This document shows positions 41,487 through 53,585 of a stretch of DNA of 64,000 bases, one piece after another (the stretch's first letter is position 1; every line of letters begins with the position of its first letter). The notes under the pieces were generated by a model, which worked only from the letters and a program-made list of their open reading frames with translations, had not been told where the DNA came from and did not search any database. The stretch spans positions 186,001-250,000 of the forward strand of contig JBLDXI010000019.1 in assembly GCA_047495785.1 (NCBI GenBank). The letters run 5' to 3'. The translations under genes were made by a program, and so were the position numbers. Source of the stretch: Lepidodermella squamata. Lineage: Eukaryota; Animalia; Gastrotricha.

Positions 41487-42199
41487 AATATTCGGGCCCA
41501 TGAAAAATCCCTGAAACGCATAGAAATGATAGCCAACATTTTTCTACCGTCATCCCGCTCTATGGTCTACTGGTGTCATCTCTGACGTCAGATGTTCCGC
41601 ATCGAGCCGCTTTTCGCGTGACTCTTCTGCTTGCGTTTTCCGTTTTCCGTTGATTTCGGCCATATTGCGTTGGTATCGCGAGTAAAGGTGTCTAGTGACA
41701 TTTCTTCGAAAATCGTTTTATGATAGTTTCTGACTAATATTGATACACCCGATCGAATGGCGACCTCCGTTATTAGAAATTTGCTTCGGAAACCTCTTTT
41801 CTATCAAAGGTGCCAAGAGCTAATTTTATCCGAATGACAAAATGTTTACATCAAAATGATTGTATTAGCCTTCTGAATCGTAATTTCATTGCGAAATCTT
41901 AAAATGCGGATAGAATTCAAAGAAAACTTCGAGAAGAGAGGAGACAGAAAAATAGAGGGTGGTCTCGGAGTTTAGCGCATTTCAAGTAATCCATTTGATA
42001 AAAAAATAATATAATCTTGCACACAGGTTTAGTGGGAGAAAGAATCAGAAATAATGGGATTCAGGATTATGTGCGCTAAAGCTGGAGAGAGAAGACGACA
42101 GGTGACAAGTCATTCAGCCTGTCCGATACTGATAATTCAGCATAAGTGATAGGTGGCTGAACTCGTTAGCATAAGCTGAATAAGTAAAGCCAGACGACG

Positions 42200-43478
42200 T
42201 CAAAAGACCATCAGGCGCGATATTTGAATTGTTGAAGTGCCCTCCTTTTCGATGCTAACGTAGCGCCCACTCAATGGAGGTGTACAATGGAAAGTCAGTG
42301 CTTGTCCCTGGACCAAAGCCATACGGTTTCCATCGAGCCAAAAGTCGCAAACAGGATTTAATCGAAGATTGCTACTCGTTGACATTCCGACTCGAATCGT
42401 GAGTTGGCAGCTACCAGGGTTGGAATCGACTAGCCAAGAGCCACTTTGTTGTGAGACCACAACAACCTTGGCAACTGAATAGGAAACGCCGAGATCTATC
42501 TGAAGCCAGCCAGTGATCAAGGCGGCGCCAAATGTGTTTGGGCCTGGTGAGGTGAGATTTGACAGAGATGCAGCTGGAATCGATGAGATGTTACTAGTCA
42601 CGAGCTTATATTGAGCGAAATCCGTGCCATTGTCGTAGTAGGCTCCCATTTGGCAAATCTCGATCGTAGAACCGATACTAGCTCCAACAATAGTGAGATA
42701 CCTACCGGTAATTGGCCCATTCTCACATATGAGCTGAACTCGCCTCCCATGCGGAATCATGCTTAATTTGGAACACTGCGCTTGAGAATCCGCGTCAGCT
42801 GCTGTAGCGGGGCTTGTTGATCCTAAACGAACGGAAACATTACCCACAGGGTGCTGATTGATCTGAGCGTAGGCGCTGGGTGACACGGGAGCCGAGCAAC
42901 CTTTAAAACCGAATCTGCCGTATGGGGCTACATTGAAGTCATCGATAACTAGTCGAACAGCCTTTGTCAGGTAAGGATACGGGCTCAAATAGGAAATGAA
43001 AGGATTTGGATTGGTTGAGGCCGATGGACCATCAAAAATCCGGAGCCTAGAACCATTGTGAGGCCAAACATAGCCAGTCCAGTTGATACCGTCCAAACTA
43101 CCTAAGAGATGGTATTTTGTGATCCATGAAATTGTGTCAACGCTGCATTGAACTGCAACAGCCGACAACACTTTCATCACTGTAAATGTGACTTGATAGC
43201 GTTTGTGTTCTGCAGTAATGTAGCTTAACCATGCTATACGCACATAAAGAAATAAATTTTCTTAATTTGACGAATTTTGCCTCGAAACCAGTATCAAAAT
43301 GACCGCCTTGATGAGATGAGCGAGAATATGTATAACTTGTGGCATTTTGACAGTTCAATGCAAAGTTAAAAGAGTTGAAACGAGTTTTTAGCCGAAGTAC
43401 TCCTATCATTATTAGTAGTATGTAGTATGCGCATATACAAATAATGGCCTCTTTCGCAAGCGCCAATTTCGCGCTCAT
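42200..43478 (-). CDS. Discoidin (FA58C) plus F-type-lectin-like galactose-binding domain protein
   Basis: Hydrophobic N-terminus; 55-bp intron 43234-43288 joins in frame to AWLSY..AVAVQ..WITKYHLLGSLDGINW (FA58C); then ITGRYLTI, WLQIDLG and LSGRYVSI F-lectin-like motifs. Confidence 0.7.
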
Positions 43479-43905
43479 TGTTTATTTATTGAGATTTTTG
43501 CTTTCACGTAATTCTTCTGTTTTTACCTTCCAAAGTAATTTTGTTTCTTGCAAACCAGGACGTCTCCTATGACCAAAAGCAATGTTCATGATGTTTCAAT
43601 TACTCAAAAGGCCGATCACCATTATTGCTGAAGTTACTCCATTTCTTTTTGGCTTCGCTTCTTTTCGAGCTGTTCAATTAAGAGGTATTTCGGAGCGGCA
43701 AAAAGTGCTATTTTTTTAGCTCAAAACACTTGATTTATTAATTCTTCGTTATGATCATCATCACGAATAAATAAAAGCAACAATCGTTAACACGATAACA
43801 GTTGTTTTTTGTGGCACAAAGGAGCTAAAATAAGATAATAGAAAAAGAGGTTCACACCACGAAAAAATCATATAATGTTATAAACAATGTGGGTAAAATG
43901 AACGT

Positions 43906-46573
43906 TTAAAGCCTGTCAACAAGCGGCTCTTCGTCTGCCATATCTTCATCATCAGCGGTCCATTCGTTATCTTTATATTTTTCTTGAATCAAGGCTAGTC
44001 GATTTTCATAAGCCTGCCGCTTTTCGGCTGAAGAAATGTCACATGGCAACGCCTTGATGTACTCGAGCATTCTAGGTGGAGTGACACCATCAGCAATCCA
44101 CGACAGCAAATCCATCTTTTTATCGAACGTAAGGTTTCGTGGTCCAGTGTATGCGGGTTCCGGTTGGGCTGTGATAATTAAAAATTACCTTTCTACTTTA
44201 AGATAAGACTAAGGCTAAAATTACCATTGTTATAAGCAAAGGGACCTTCATTTTTCTTAGGTGTAAGATGCACATCGAAGCGAATCTTCTCGTCTTCATC
44301 GGAATCAATCAGTAATCGCTGAGCTCGGGTGAGAGCGCCCGGGTTGTTGCCATCAGTCGCAATATTGACATAGCTTTTGCGGGCCCAAAGTTCATGCTGT
44401 CCTATGTTTATCTTGAATCGATAAAATTGGTACTCGGTTACGCGAAATTTGCTGCTGTTTTGCAAAGTCGTCCAATAATTTGGCTTCCTGCGAAAGTCTT
44501 TGAAGTCCTCCCAAGTGCGTTCAACGACGCGGAACATTTCCTTTTCGGTTCCCTGTCGCCGAGCACTTTTAATAATTTGCCGCCATTCAAGTGGATCGGT
44601 AACTGAACCATATCTTCGGCGCGATCTCTCAATTAAAAAATGAGAATTATCAACATTCATCTATTGAAAACAGCTAAAAAACGCGAGTCACGCATAAATT
44701 TGATCAAATTTACCTGAGTGTGACCTGGAGCAGAAAAAAGCGTCAGAGCCTCAAAATTTAAAAAAAATCATCGCCACTTACCAGGAACTAGAAACATCCA
44801 ATCAATAAATTTCAGCCGTGCTTGGCCAGCCCTAACACGCCGGCTATTGACCTCTCTCAACAAGTGGTAAATTGCGTTAGGGATGAAGCTGAAAATGAAA
44901 AAAAGCCGCGAGTTTATTGATCTAAAAAAAATTATTTTTCATTTAAATTCATTACCGATTTTTCCCAGCTCCAACTGTCGAATCTGAGACGATAGTCAAT
45001 TCTTCAATATCGTTGTCGAGATGATTCAAGACGTAGTGGTTGAGAATCGATCCAATTTCGGCCGCGCCCAATGACCCTGAAACGGAAAAAGCGGACTAGG
45101 GGTGATTTTGCATGAATAATATATTTTTTCAACTCACCGTTAAACTCTTCAAACACATAATTGTAGGTTGTCCGTTCAGTGAGGTCGAAAATCGTAAAAT
45201 TGGTCGTTATGAGCTTTCGCTTGTAGGGAAAAGCGCAGCAGGGTGTGCGTAATTTGGATTGTGCGTCAACCTTGAACAAAGCGGCAACAAGGCTATCTTT
45301 TCAAAAATTGCATTTCGGCCGATTTTACCTCGATGACGGCGCTTTTTCGCCCAAAAAAATCTGCTTGTCGCGACATTTCGGCTCTTTCGCGACGCAAACG
45401 CCGAAAAGCGCGGCTAGCGTCCTTCTCATCCAAGTGCTGTTGGTGCTTGGCACGGTTCTGATTTTTCTGAGCCTCTGTCATGAAATTCCAACGAGCACAT
45501 ACCTGTAATTAAAATGACAGTTGACAGCTTGCTAATAATATCTATTTTGCCTTGTGCTCACTTTGCACCTGTCATTTCGTGGTTCTTGGAATGAGACTGA
45601 CCTTTATAATAATAATATCAAGCTAAGAACACAACAAAGAGATATCAGTTACGTAAAATATACCTGAAATGGGTGCGGAAAAGTTGACGGAAAGAGACAT
45701 AGCTGCATCGCCGGATGCCAAGCAGAGGTTCAGATTTAATATAGGAAACCCAATCGCGGTAAAGGCTTCCGATTGTGATGCTCGTAGACACATAAAAGCG
45801 CTTAGAATACTTTCTTCGGTAATGGCTTAATTTGCTGAAATGTCAGAAAACAAAATCGACTTATTGACCCATTTTACACCAGAGGTTATCAAAATTTACG
45901 CTTTCAAACGAGGTTTCACAAAATTGATAACAGAATTTCTCGTCAACTCGTTCAAGGTATTTCTGCCCCCTTCTTTCTTCGCACGCCGAAAATCCGGATA
46001 AACAGTCAACTGGTCGGGACTAAGCTTGTTCTCCAAAGTATAAGACACAAAGCGATTCGTAACATCCAAGGCAGACTCGAAAAACCTGCGACAAACAGTA
46101 ATCCGCTGAATTTTTGCCGCTTTCCCTCGGAATTTCTCCGTAGCATAAATTGCGGGTAGTGTGTAGGTAATTCGACTTCGAAACTTGACAAAATCCTTTG
46201 AGACAAATCTCCCAACAAACTGACGTTGGTCAAAGATGGACCCAGTCGACCTAAACTGTTGACTCAGTTCTGCTATTTTCATGTCCGTGTATTTTTCCCA
46301 ACATCGCTTTTCTTTGCAGCAGTTCAACAGCCGCTTGCCCTCGCGTTTCCGAACAACAGATAACTTTCGTTTCTTTCGCAGCACGCCAGTATCACGGTCT
46401 TTAACAACAATTTCCCTCCTCACGTACGATTCTCCAGAATTTCTCATCCGCTTCTCCTCATCGACCCAAGCTGTTTTTACTCGCCGAATCGGTTTCTTCA
46501 ATTTATCATTGGGGAACACTGGAATTTCCATATCGGCGACATTAGTCGCAGCCGATGTTGATGGAAGGCTCAT
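43906..46573 (-). CDS. Intact 10-exon DDD transposase, Sola-type
   Basis: Spliced product: RNSGESY, VCRRFFESALDV, SHYRRK, PRNDRCKVC, VIEVDAQSKLRTP..PYKRKL..NFTIFD, EIGSIL, IVSDSTVGAGKNR, FLVPGHTQMNVDNSHFLIE, Y..PRNLTFDKKMDL. Nine GT-AG introns all in phase. Superfamily assignment is from motif recall, not a search. Confidence 0.8.
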
Positions 46574-46703
46574 AATAATCAGTTAAATCGCCAATATTTT
46601 AATGATTTTGCTACAGCATTTGAAATAACCAAGATGTATCATTAAATGAATCGAATGATCAAGAAATATTATGCAGATATGAGCAGAATAATTTTAAAAA
46701 ATT

Positions 46704-47054
46704 CTACAAGCTATCTTCAGGTAGCTCGATTGTGTCAATTATACGCCCGTCAAGTCGGTATATGTGCAGCCGTTCCAAACCTCGCCGACTTCGGCTAATT
46801 ACATTTTGGAGCCAGCGTATCACCTTCTGGAACTTGAATCCCAGAATAGCGACACCAACAATGGCGATGACCGATAGGACAACTGAAACTATAATCAAAA
46901 CGTCAGTTTTCGGCGTATCGCTAGCGTGCGTGGTGGAAGTAGTAATGGAGGTGCCTGTCGTAGAAGTCGTGTCGCAGAATACACAACTGCTGGCACTCAA
47001 TTCAAGGCGGCATTTTATTACAGCATCCTCGCTAAACGGGACACAATCGGCCAT
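46704..47054 (-). CDS. Small type III single-pass membrane protein A (4-Cys N-terminus, Thr stalk, TM)
   Basis: MADCVPF..KCRLEL..CVFC, Thr-rich stalk, 20+ aa hydrophobic helix, basic tail; has a decayed paralogue at ~48790-49006. Confidence 0.65.
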   Translation of the reverse strand: MADCVPFSEDAVIKCRLELSASSCVFCDTTSTTGTSITTSTTHASDTPKTDVLIIVSVVLSVIAIVGVAILGFKFQKVIRWLQNVISRSRRGLERLHIYRLDGRIIDTIELPEDSL

Positions 47055-47253
47055 AATAATAATTTTTTAATTTCTAAAAGGAAACAGGCAGGAATTTTAT
47101 CGATAGATCATTTAATACCGAATGAAATAATAAAATTAACATTATATACTGCGGCAAATAACATGGCAAGTAATATGGCAAGATTATAATATTATGGCAA
47201 TACTTTATTATATGGCAAGATACAAGATACAAAGTAATAAACTAAGAATAATA

Positions 47254-47592
47254 TTATGCCGTAACTTCGGCATTCCCCTCGGCATTCCCCTCGGCCTCTT
47301 CGTTAGAGGCGAACAAGCAAAGCGGAAGGCTTTGCTCAAGCCGAGAATAACGCCTTCGACGGCGAATATATACGACAGAAATGATAACAACGATAACAAT
47401 GATAACAATGATAATGATCCCCGCTGAGATCAGACCAATTTCCAGCTTAGACAATCCCGTCTCAGCTGGAGAAGGCGGCAAGGGGTTTGAGGTTGTAACC
47501 GAGCTCGTTGTTGATGGCGGACATATGTTGCAGTCGACATGCAACAATCGACATCGCTCATAGGCTTCAGCGGACGGTGGAATGCAAGTCAT
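47254..47592 (-). CDS. Small type III single-pass membrane protein B (4-Cys N-terminus, stalk, TM, RRRRR, YxxL)
   Basis: RCRL..DC..CP, GLS..IGLI TM, RRRRRY, LCLFASNE and terminal VTA are all conserved in the paralogue at 49219-~49515. Confidence 0.7.
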   Translation of the reverse strand: MTCIPPSAEAYERCRLLHVDCNICPPSTTSSVTTSNPLPPSPAETGLSKLEIGLISAGIIIIVIIVIVVIISVVYIRRRRRYSRLEQSLPLCLFASNEEAEGNAEGNAEVTA

Positions 47593-48789
47593 TTAATAAA
47601 AATTGAACACTAAAATTTAATAAATGCAATTATTTAACACAAATTTGATTCGATTCGATAAATTTAAATATGCAAGCAATTTCAATTTTTCGTAAATCAC
47701 GATCACTCAGTCCATTCGATTTTCTAGTCCCTCGCATTCTCCAAGTGCACACTTTTCGGCCCTTACATTTTTCTATATAAGCTATTTTTCTATAAATTCT
47801 TAAGCTCCAAATTGAGCTGGGTTCCGTCCGCTATTTCAATCTTTGAGAAGTGTATGTGTATTCACGGCCGTTGTTCTCGCATGTTATAAATCAACTGCGC
47901 GAACTTATTCCATTTTCAAAAATGCGGAAACAATTCTACCATCAAAATTGCATACAAAAGCATATCCAGACCTGTGATGCTTGTCACATGGAATCGATTT
48001 TTCGTTTAGAGAATCGAAACCTTGGCAAACTCCTGGCAAGCTGAACTACTGAACTTCTCGTAGCCGGACGAAAAGGACGAAGCTGACGCGTAATATGCAG
48101 ACGCGTTTTGGACGAAGCTACTGACTGGACTACTAAAAATTCCGAAGTCCGGCCGAAGTCAGGACTTGGAATAGTCTGGCCTGGTTCTCCACATGACAGT
48201 TGTCATGAAACGCGACAGTTGTCGAAGCAGTTGAGGAATTCAAGCGGGGCTTTATAAGCGCAAAGAAAAGACGTTTTCTCCACATCAGCCGCTAATGTTT
48301 TCGCGCATCACTGGCCCCGGTGAAGAAATCTGAAAATTGGGCACAAATCCTGTAGTATATCGGATTGCGGAAATGTCTCCGATTGGCCATGGAAATTCCG
48401 TTTATCTAACACATCGAGTACATCTGAGTTTCTGAATTCGATTATACCGACTAATTTTTTTTTCTTTTCCAACACAATGAGGAAGACTAAATCAGACTAA
48501 TACTGATACAAAAACCAAGCTCGCCTTTTACGGCATGTGTGACTATCAGTCAGACTTGAACAGGAACTCTCTTCTTGATTCGATGAAGCGTGGTGATTGA
48601 ACCCAAGCTCGCATTTTACGCTCTCTGTGCGATTTTCAATTTGACTAGTAGAACAGGAACTCCCAGGAGTTGAATGATTTCGATAAAAACGAGAGAGAGA
48701 GATTTCATCTCTGTTGACTCAGGTAACCAAAGTTTACAATTGCAGGGGAAGTAGCAGTGGAAGTTGAAACGACAAAAACGACCAATAGA

Positions 48790-49006
48790 TTTTTCGTCAG
48801 TTTTCGGCGTATCGGCAGCGGGTGTGGTGGGTGTTGTGGTAGAAACCAGGCTAGAAGTCAGGCTAGGCGAGGTTACTGCGCCGGACGTGGTGGAAACACC
48901 AGGCTCTGTGATGGGAGTCGCCCCATTGCAGAAATTATCACAGTTGTCTCACAATTCAAGGCGGCATTTTACCAGGTCGTCAAAACTAAATGACACGCAA
49001 GGCATT
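48790..49006 (-). pseudogene. Pseudogene copy A' of small membrane protein A
   Basis: Minus strand MPCVSFSFDDLVKCRLEL*DNCDNFC...ADTPKTD matches A (KCRLEL, DTPKTD) but has an in-frame TGA and loses the TM. Confidence 0.7.
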
Positions 49007-49218
49007 TGAGAATGTAATACGAGATTGAATGTAATATCTAAAAAAACGAAAATAATTCAATTATTTATGGTTTAATAATATTTATAATAATATTTCAATA
49101 ATATATATCATTTTTTGCACGAATTAAGGAACAATTCTTCGAAAAATTATTGTTAAGTTACAGGCAAGTAACAGGCAAGGCCATAAAAAACTAGGTAAAA
49201 ACAAAGCCGATGTTTTGA

Positions 49219-49515
49219 TCAGGCTGTTACAGCATTCTCATCGGCAGCGCCTTGTTCGTTCGACGCGAACAAGCACAATTGAATTGTAGATTGATGATGT
49301 TGATCGATAGGGGCATAACGACGCCTGCGCCGACAAATGACGATTACAGCCCCTGTCGCGGCCACGACTGCTAACAAAAGCACTACCCCCCCGCATATTA
49401 GACCAATCAACATCGGGGTTGAAAGGCCAGGCGGCACATTGTTGGCTGGCGACGTTGTCGGGTTAAAGGCGGGGCATAGACCCGAACAATCGAGATTGAA
49501 TAAACGGCAACGTCG
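49219..49515 (-). pseudogene. Copy B' of small membrane protein B, 5'-truncated at the retroelement junction
   Basis: Homology to B stops just upstream of RCRL, where GC-rich retroelement sequence begins; no ATG-initiated N-terminus equivalent to MTCIPP. Confidence 0.6.
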
Positions 49516-52500
49516 CTGGCTGGCAGATATGAAGAGGCTCCACGAAACCCCGCCAGGCGACCAGCTCACCCCCGCTCCGGCTAAGTCCGACCAAGAAGCG
49601 CAGATACTATGCGGGAAATTCTTGGTTTCTGCAAAGCACTGCTCCTACAAACTTGCATTTCGGGCTATGGGGCGCCGGTCGGAAAGAGATGATGCTACCA
49701 TGAAAGAGGTCGCCAAGCCGTTCAGCCTGAATGATGCCGCTTGTACGGAGGTTTTTCGTCCCCGCATTGCAGCTGCGGCCCACCGGGCTTTCACTGAACT
49801 CCAGCAGCTGCATGACGATGCGGATGTCTACAAAGCTATGACTGAATTTGAGGACTTCCGGAATGCCTTGAAGCTTGTCGCTAGACCGGACGACGTGGTC
49901 CTGCGTGCTTACACTTGGCTACATGACAAAAAGGGCGCCGCTAAATGGCCGATGTCTGGAATCCACTTTGCAGCTGGGCACTGGCCCACCAGCGCGAGAC
50001 CTGATTTACCTGGCTTGTCGCCGGAGGAGATCTTCGGCCTCGACCTCGGTCTGCCAATTGGGCAGTTCCGTGCTGCCAAACCGACGGCAGAGTCCGAGAT
50101 CCTCCAGCTGTTCGTCGAGCATGTTGACCGCGTTATCCACGACGCCTCACTTATGAAGGCGGCTGATGCTGCAGCTCTCCATGACACTATGGAATCAACG
50201 TTGGAGCTCTCTCGCGACTTGTCACCTGGTCAGAACCCGCGTACTGCACAAACCGCGCAGGACTATCCCGCGCCTGGCACTGGCTCTACTGCGCCGGCCC
50301 CTCCGCACCCCCCGCCTGGTCAACAACAGCAGGTCACGCTTGGCCACCCCGGACAGGATTTGACCGTACCGGGGATCGGCCCTGCTGCACCGGCACAGCC
50401 TACCCAGCGACCCCGCGCTCAGCCCGACAAGACTGCAGCCACCCCGCCGGCTCCCTTGCGTACCTTCGCGTTCACTCCACTGAAGAACGTCACGGCACCG
50501 CCACCAACAGGCAACGGCAAAGGTAGGTCTACTCTCACTTGGACTGACCTCGTTCAATATCACACCCATAGTGGTAACACTTCTGTCGTGAATAGTCTTA
50601 GCTACTTACTATCCACCCCTAACAGCTACTGGGCTTGGGAAGTCGTGCCTTACATGGCGCCGCCTGACGGCAGAAACACTATAGTCTGTATTCGGCTAAA
50701 GACTGAATTACTGTGTGGGTGTAGCGATACGCCCTTTGCAAACACACACTCGGCCTTGACACGCCACCTCGCAGACCGCCACCCCGGTCACTTGTGGGAG
50801 TTGGAATTCTCGTTTGATAACATATGGGCCGCGTTCTATCCTGGGGAGCTGATACCCAGCTTCTACCAAGAGCGTGACGCCGCAGCGGGGGTTAACTTCA
50901 ACCTTTCGGCTAAAAATCAGCGGCTTCTACGCCAATTCGGGATCATTGATCTGACTGACTCCGTCAGACCATCGCTACTGCGATTACTAGGAAAAGGCCT
51001 TAAGTTTGTCCCTCGAGTGAGGGCCGAACAACTACGCCGGTATCACCAACTACTTGGTTTTGCGGCGACCAATGGTGTCCATGTTTCCCAGCGCTTGCGT
51101 CGCATCGCCTTCTCCCGTATATCCGCACTGGGCAGGGAAACCCCACCACCCCGCCTTCCGCGGGGCGTGGTGCTCACAAGGAGTGACAAAAGCAATATTC
51201 TCATAGTAGACAGCGCCGCTCGGTACGCAGCCATTGGCGAGGACTTCCTTAGCGACCGGAACATGTGGCAGCCCGTCAGTGACGACGGTTACGACTCTTT
51301 CGTTTCCGACCTACAAGACCTATGTAGTGAGTTGTACCGGACTAACAGCTGGTTCCGCCTTCACCATGAACAGGTGGTTCCGGCTATCACTAACCCTCGA
51401 CTTAAATGCATGTACTTCAACTACAAAACCCACAAGCCGCTGAATGCCCATGGCTGGCCAAAGGTGAGGCCTATCACAGATGGCCTTAAGACTTACACCT
51501 CCGGCCTCGACCGTGTACTGAGCTTGCTGATTGGTGGCACCCGCTTTCGGCAGGGTGAACACCACTTGCGCAACCTAATAGCGAACCGTACTCCAATATG
51601 GAATAACCTAAATACCGTTGCAAAGGATACCATCCAGTTTATTGCACGTCTCAGGTCTGTTCACCTACGTGACCCCGACCGCGAGACCTTCTTGATGTCG
51701 GCTGACATAAACGACATGTATAATCAGGTTCCGCTTGATGAGGCCGTCGTGGCGGTCCGATGGTACCTTGATGAGTTTCACAGGCTACCAGGGGAAGCTA
51801 TTCTCCCAGTGAGCCAACTGACTGAACTCGTCCTGAGGCACAATACAGTGTCCTTCAACGGGAAATTCTATAAACAAATACGCGGTCTCGCTATGGGGGG
51901 TAATATATCCCCGCCAGTCGCCATCTGCTGGCTCTACTACAAGGAGCGCTGGCTTTCCCTTGGCACTGGGGCATTGTTCACAACGCGGTTTCTTGATGAC
52001 ATTTTCTCCATCTCCCACATGCGCGAGGGTCTACAGCACTACCTGGATTCCTATGAGAGTAGTCACCCCAACATACGGATCACGGCTGACATTGCCGTCG
52101 ACTCCCAACACTACTTGGACGTGGCGGTTCGCCGTTCCGGCGACAGGTTTCTCACTGCACTGCATGTTAAACCCACTGATAACCTCGCGCTACTCCATGG
52201 CGATTCAAACCACCCGGTGCACGTTTTCACGGGCATTATGCGCGGACAGATACTGCGGTTTCTGCGGATCTGTCAGACACACCAGGCCTTCATGACGGCC
52301 TGCCTGCAGCTCGGCCTGCGCTTACGTCAGCGGGGCTACAGCTGGCAGGAGTTTGTTGTGGCACTGCGTCAAGTGTGCAGGGAGCGGAGCGCTCTTGCAT
52401 GGCCTTTCACGAGACCACGCCGCCCATACAGGCCCCTCCGGGACACATGCGTGGTCACCTTTAGCAGGACATTACTTCCAATCCTGCGACACATCGGGCA

Positions 52501-52573
52501 GCGAATACCCCTCACGTACAGACTGGATAGGACCATAAGCCAGCGTTACAGACGCTCGAATTTCCGACTATAA
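49515..52573 (+). CDS. PLE polyprotein: helical N-terminal domain, Pro-rich linker, zinc-finger-like module, reverse transcriptase
   Basis: Continuous ORF to TAA 52573; CGC..TRHLADRH module precedes the RT motifs; the true start is uncertain. Confidence 0.85.
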
Positions 52574-52754
52574 CCACTTGTTTTACTTTCAGGTGGGACT
52601 GCTGGACGCCAGTAGTGGCCAACCCGTTTGTGGTGGACGTGTGCGACACGACAGACTATTAAACTACTAATGGCTCATCTCTGTTTTTATGAAACATTTT
52701 GTGGAGTTGAATAAAACTGATATCGCTCGTTACTGCCTCTTGCCACGTTGACAG

Positions 52755-53227
52755 GTAGAGTCACCCTGCCTTTGGGCAGAAGCGCAGTTCGCTGTTCCAA
52801 CAGAGAATGGGAACTTCCGGAATCGGGTGTTCCCAGCCAGTTTGCCGGCTTCCCCCGGCCAGTCGACCCCGAGTCCGAGGGCGGCCGTGCTACCGGTCAA
52901 CACAGCTGGTGGCTGACCATCTGGTCCGAAAAGCGGAGGGTTCCCTTTTTCCGCCTCGAGCCAGAAAAGCTCATCTGCGGTTTCCGTCAATGCAGTTTTA
53001 CTGCTCGACGGATCTACGGCATCTACCTACACTATGTGGCCAAGCATCGCAAGGCTTGTTGCGTACTGCGCAATTTCTGGAACATTATTGTACAACAGAC
53101 GTGGCGGAAGAAGTCTCAGAACACCCCAGATACAGTCTCCTGGCCGGAATGCTGGTGCGCCGTCATCTATGGCTACGAAGCAAAGCGCCTAGCCCGACGG
53201 GGTGACCCGGACAATTCTAGCGACTGA
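52755..53227 (+). CDS. PLE accessory exon encoding a C2H2 zinc finger
   Basis: CGFRQC..YLHYVAKH; no ATG in frame; acceptor GACAG at 52754; AATAAA at 53271. Confidence 0.55.
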
Positions 53228-53585
53228 ACACTAACTGTGCTTGCATCAACTGGGTGCTCTGGCGTTTGTTAATAAAACATTGTTAGCGACATAGTACCCT
53301 TCGATGAGTGGCACCCACTTTTTATTTCGACGACACTACTCCGCACCCTATGGAGGCACTGACGCTCCTCCAGGACACGGGCCCCATGATGGCAGGTCAC
53401 TTACCCAACGACCGTTTGTCACTCCGAGGCACTGCCTAGCTGGCCTTAGCGGCCATACGGCCCGCGGCACTGTCTGCAGGCTACCTTTCGGGCCCCACTA
53501 GCCCGCAAGATGGACGCCATCACCATGGGAACGTCCAGCAATAGGGAGTGCGCGGATGCGTGCGCGGACTGGGCGCACACCACTG

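Noticed and set aside
45271-45360. Apparent frameshift in the transposase near an A7 run
   Set aside because: A 58-bp phase-0 intron (GTAAAA...TTCAAG) restores VIE|VDAQ in frame.
47745-47775. Alternative right terminus for the Sola element (rc GGGCCGAAAAGTG)
   Set aside because: Only a short AAAAGTG match to the left end, with no GAG terminus or TSD; cannot be supported.
49337-49514. N-terminal 60 aa of the 1078-aa RT ORF
   Set aside because: It is the antisense strand of gene B'; the frame is open across the junction by chance.
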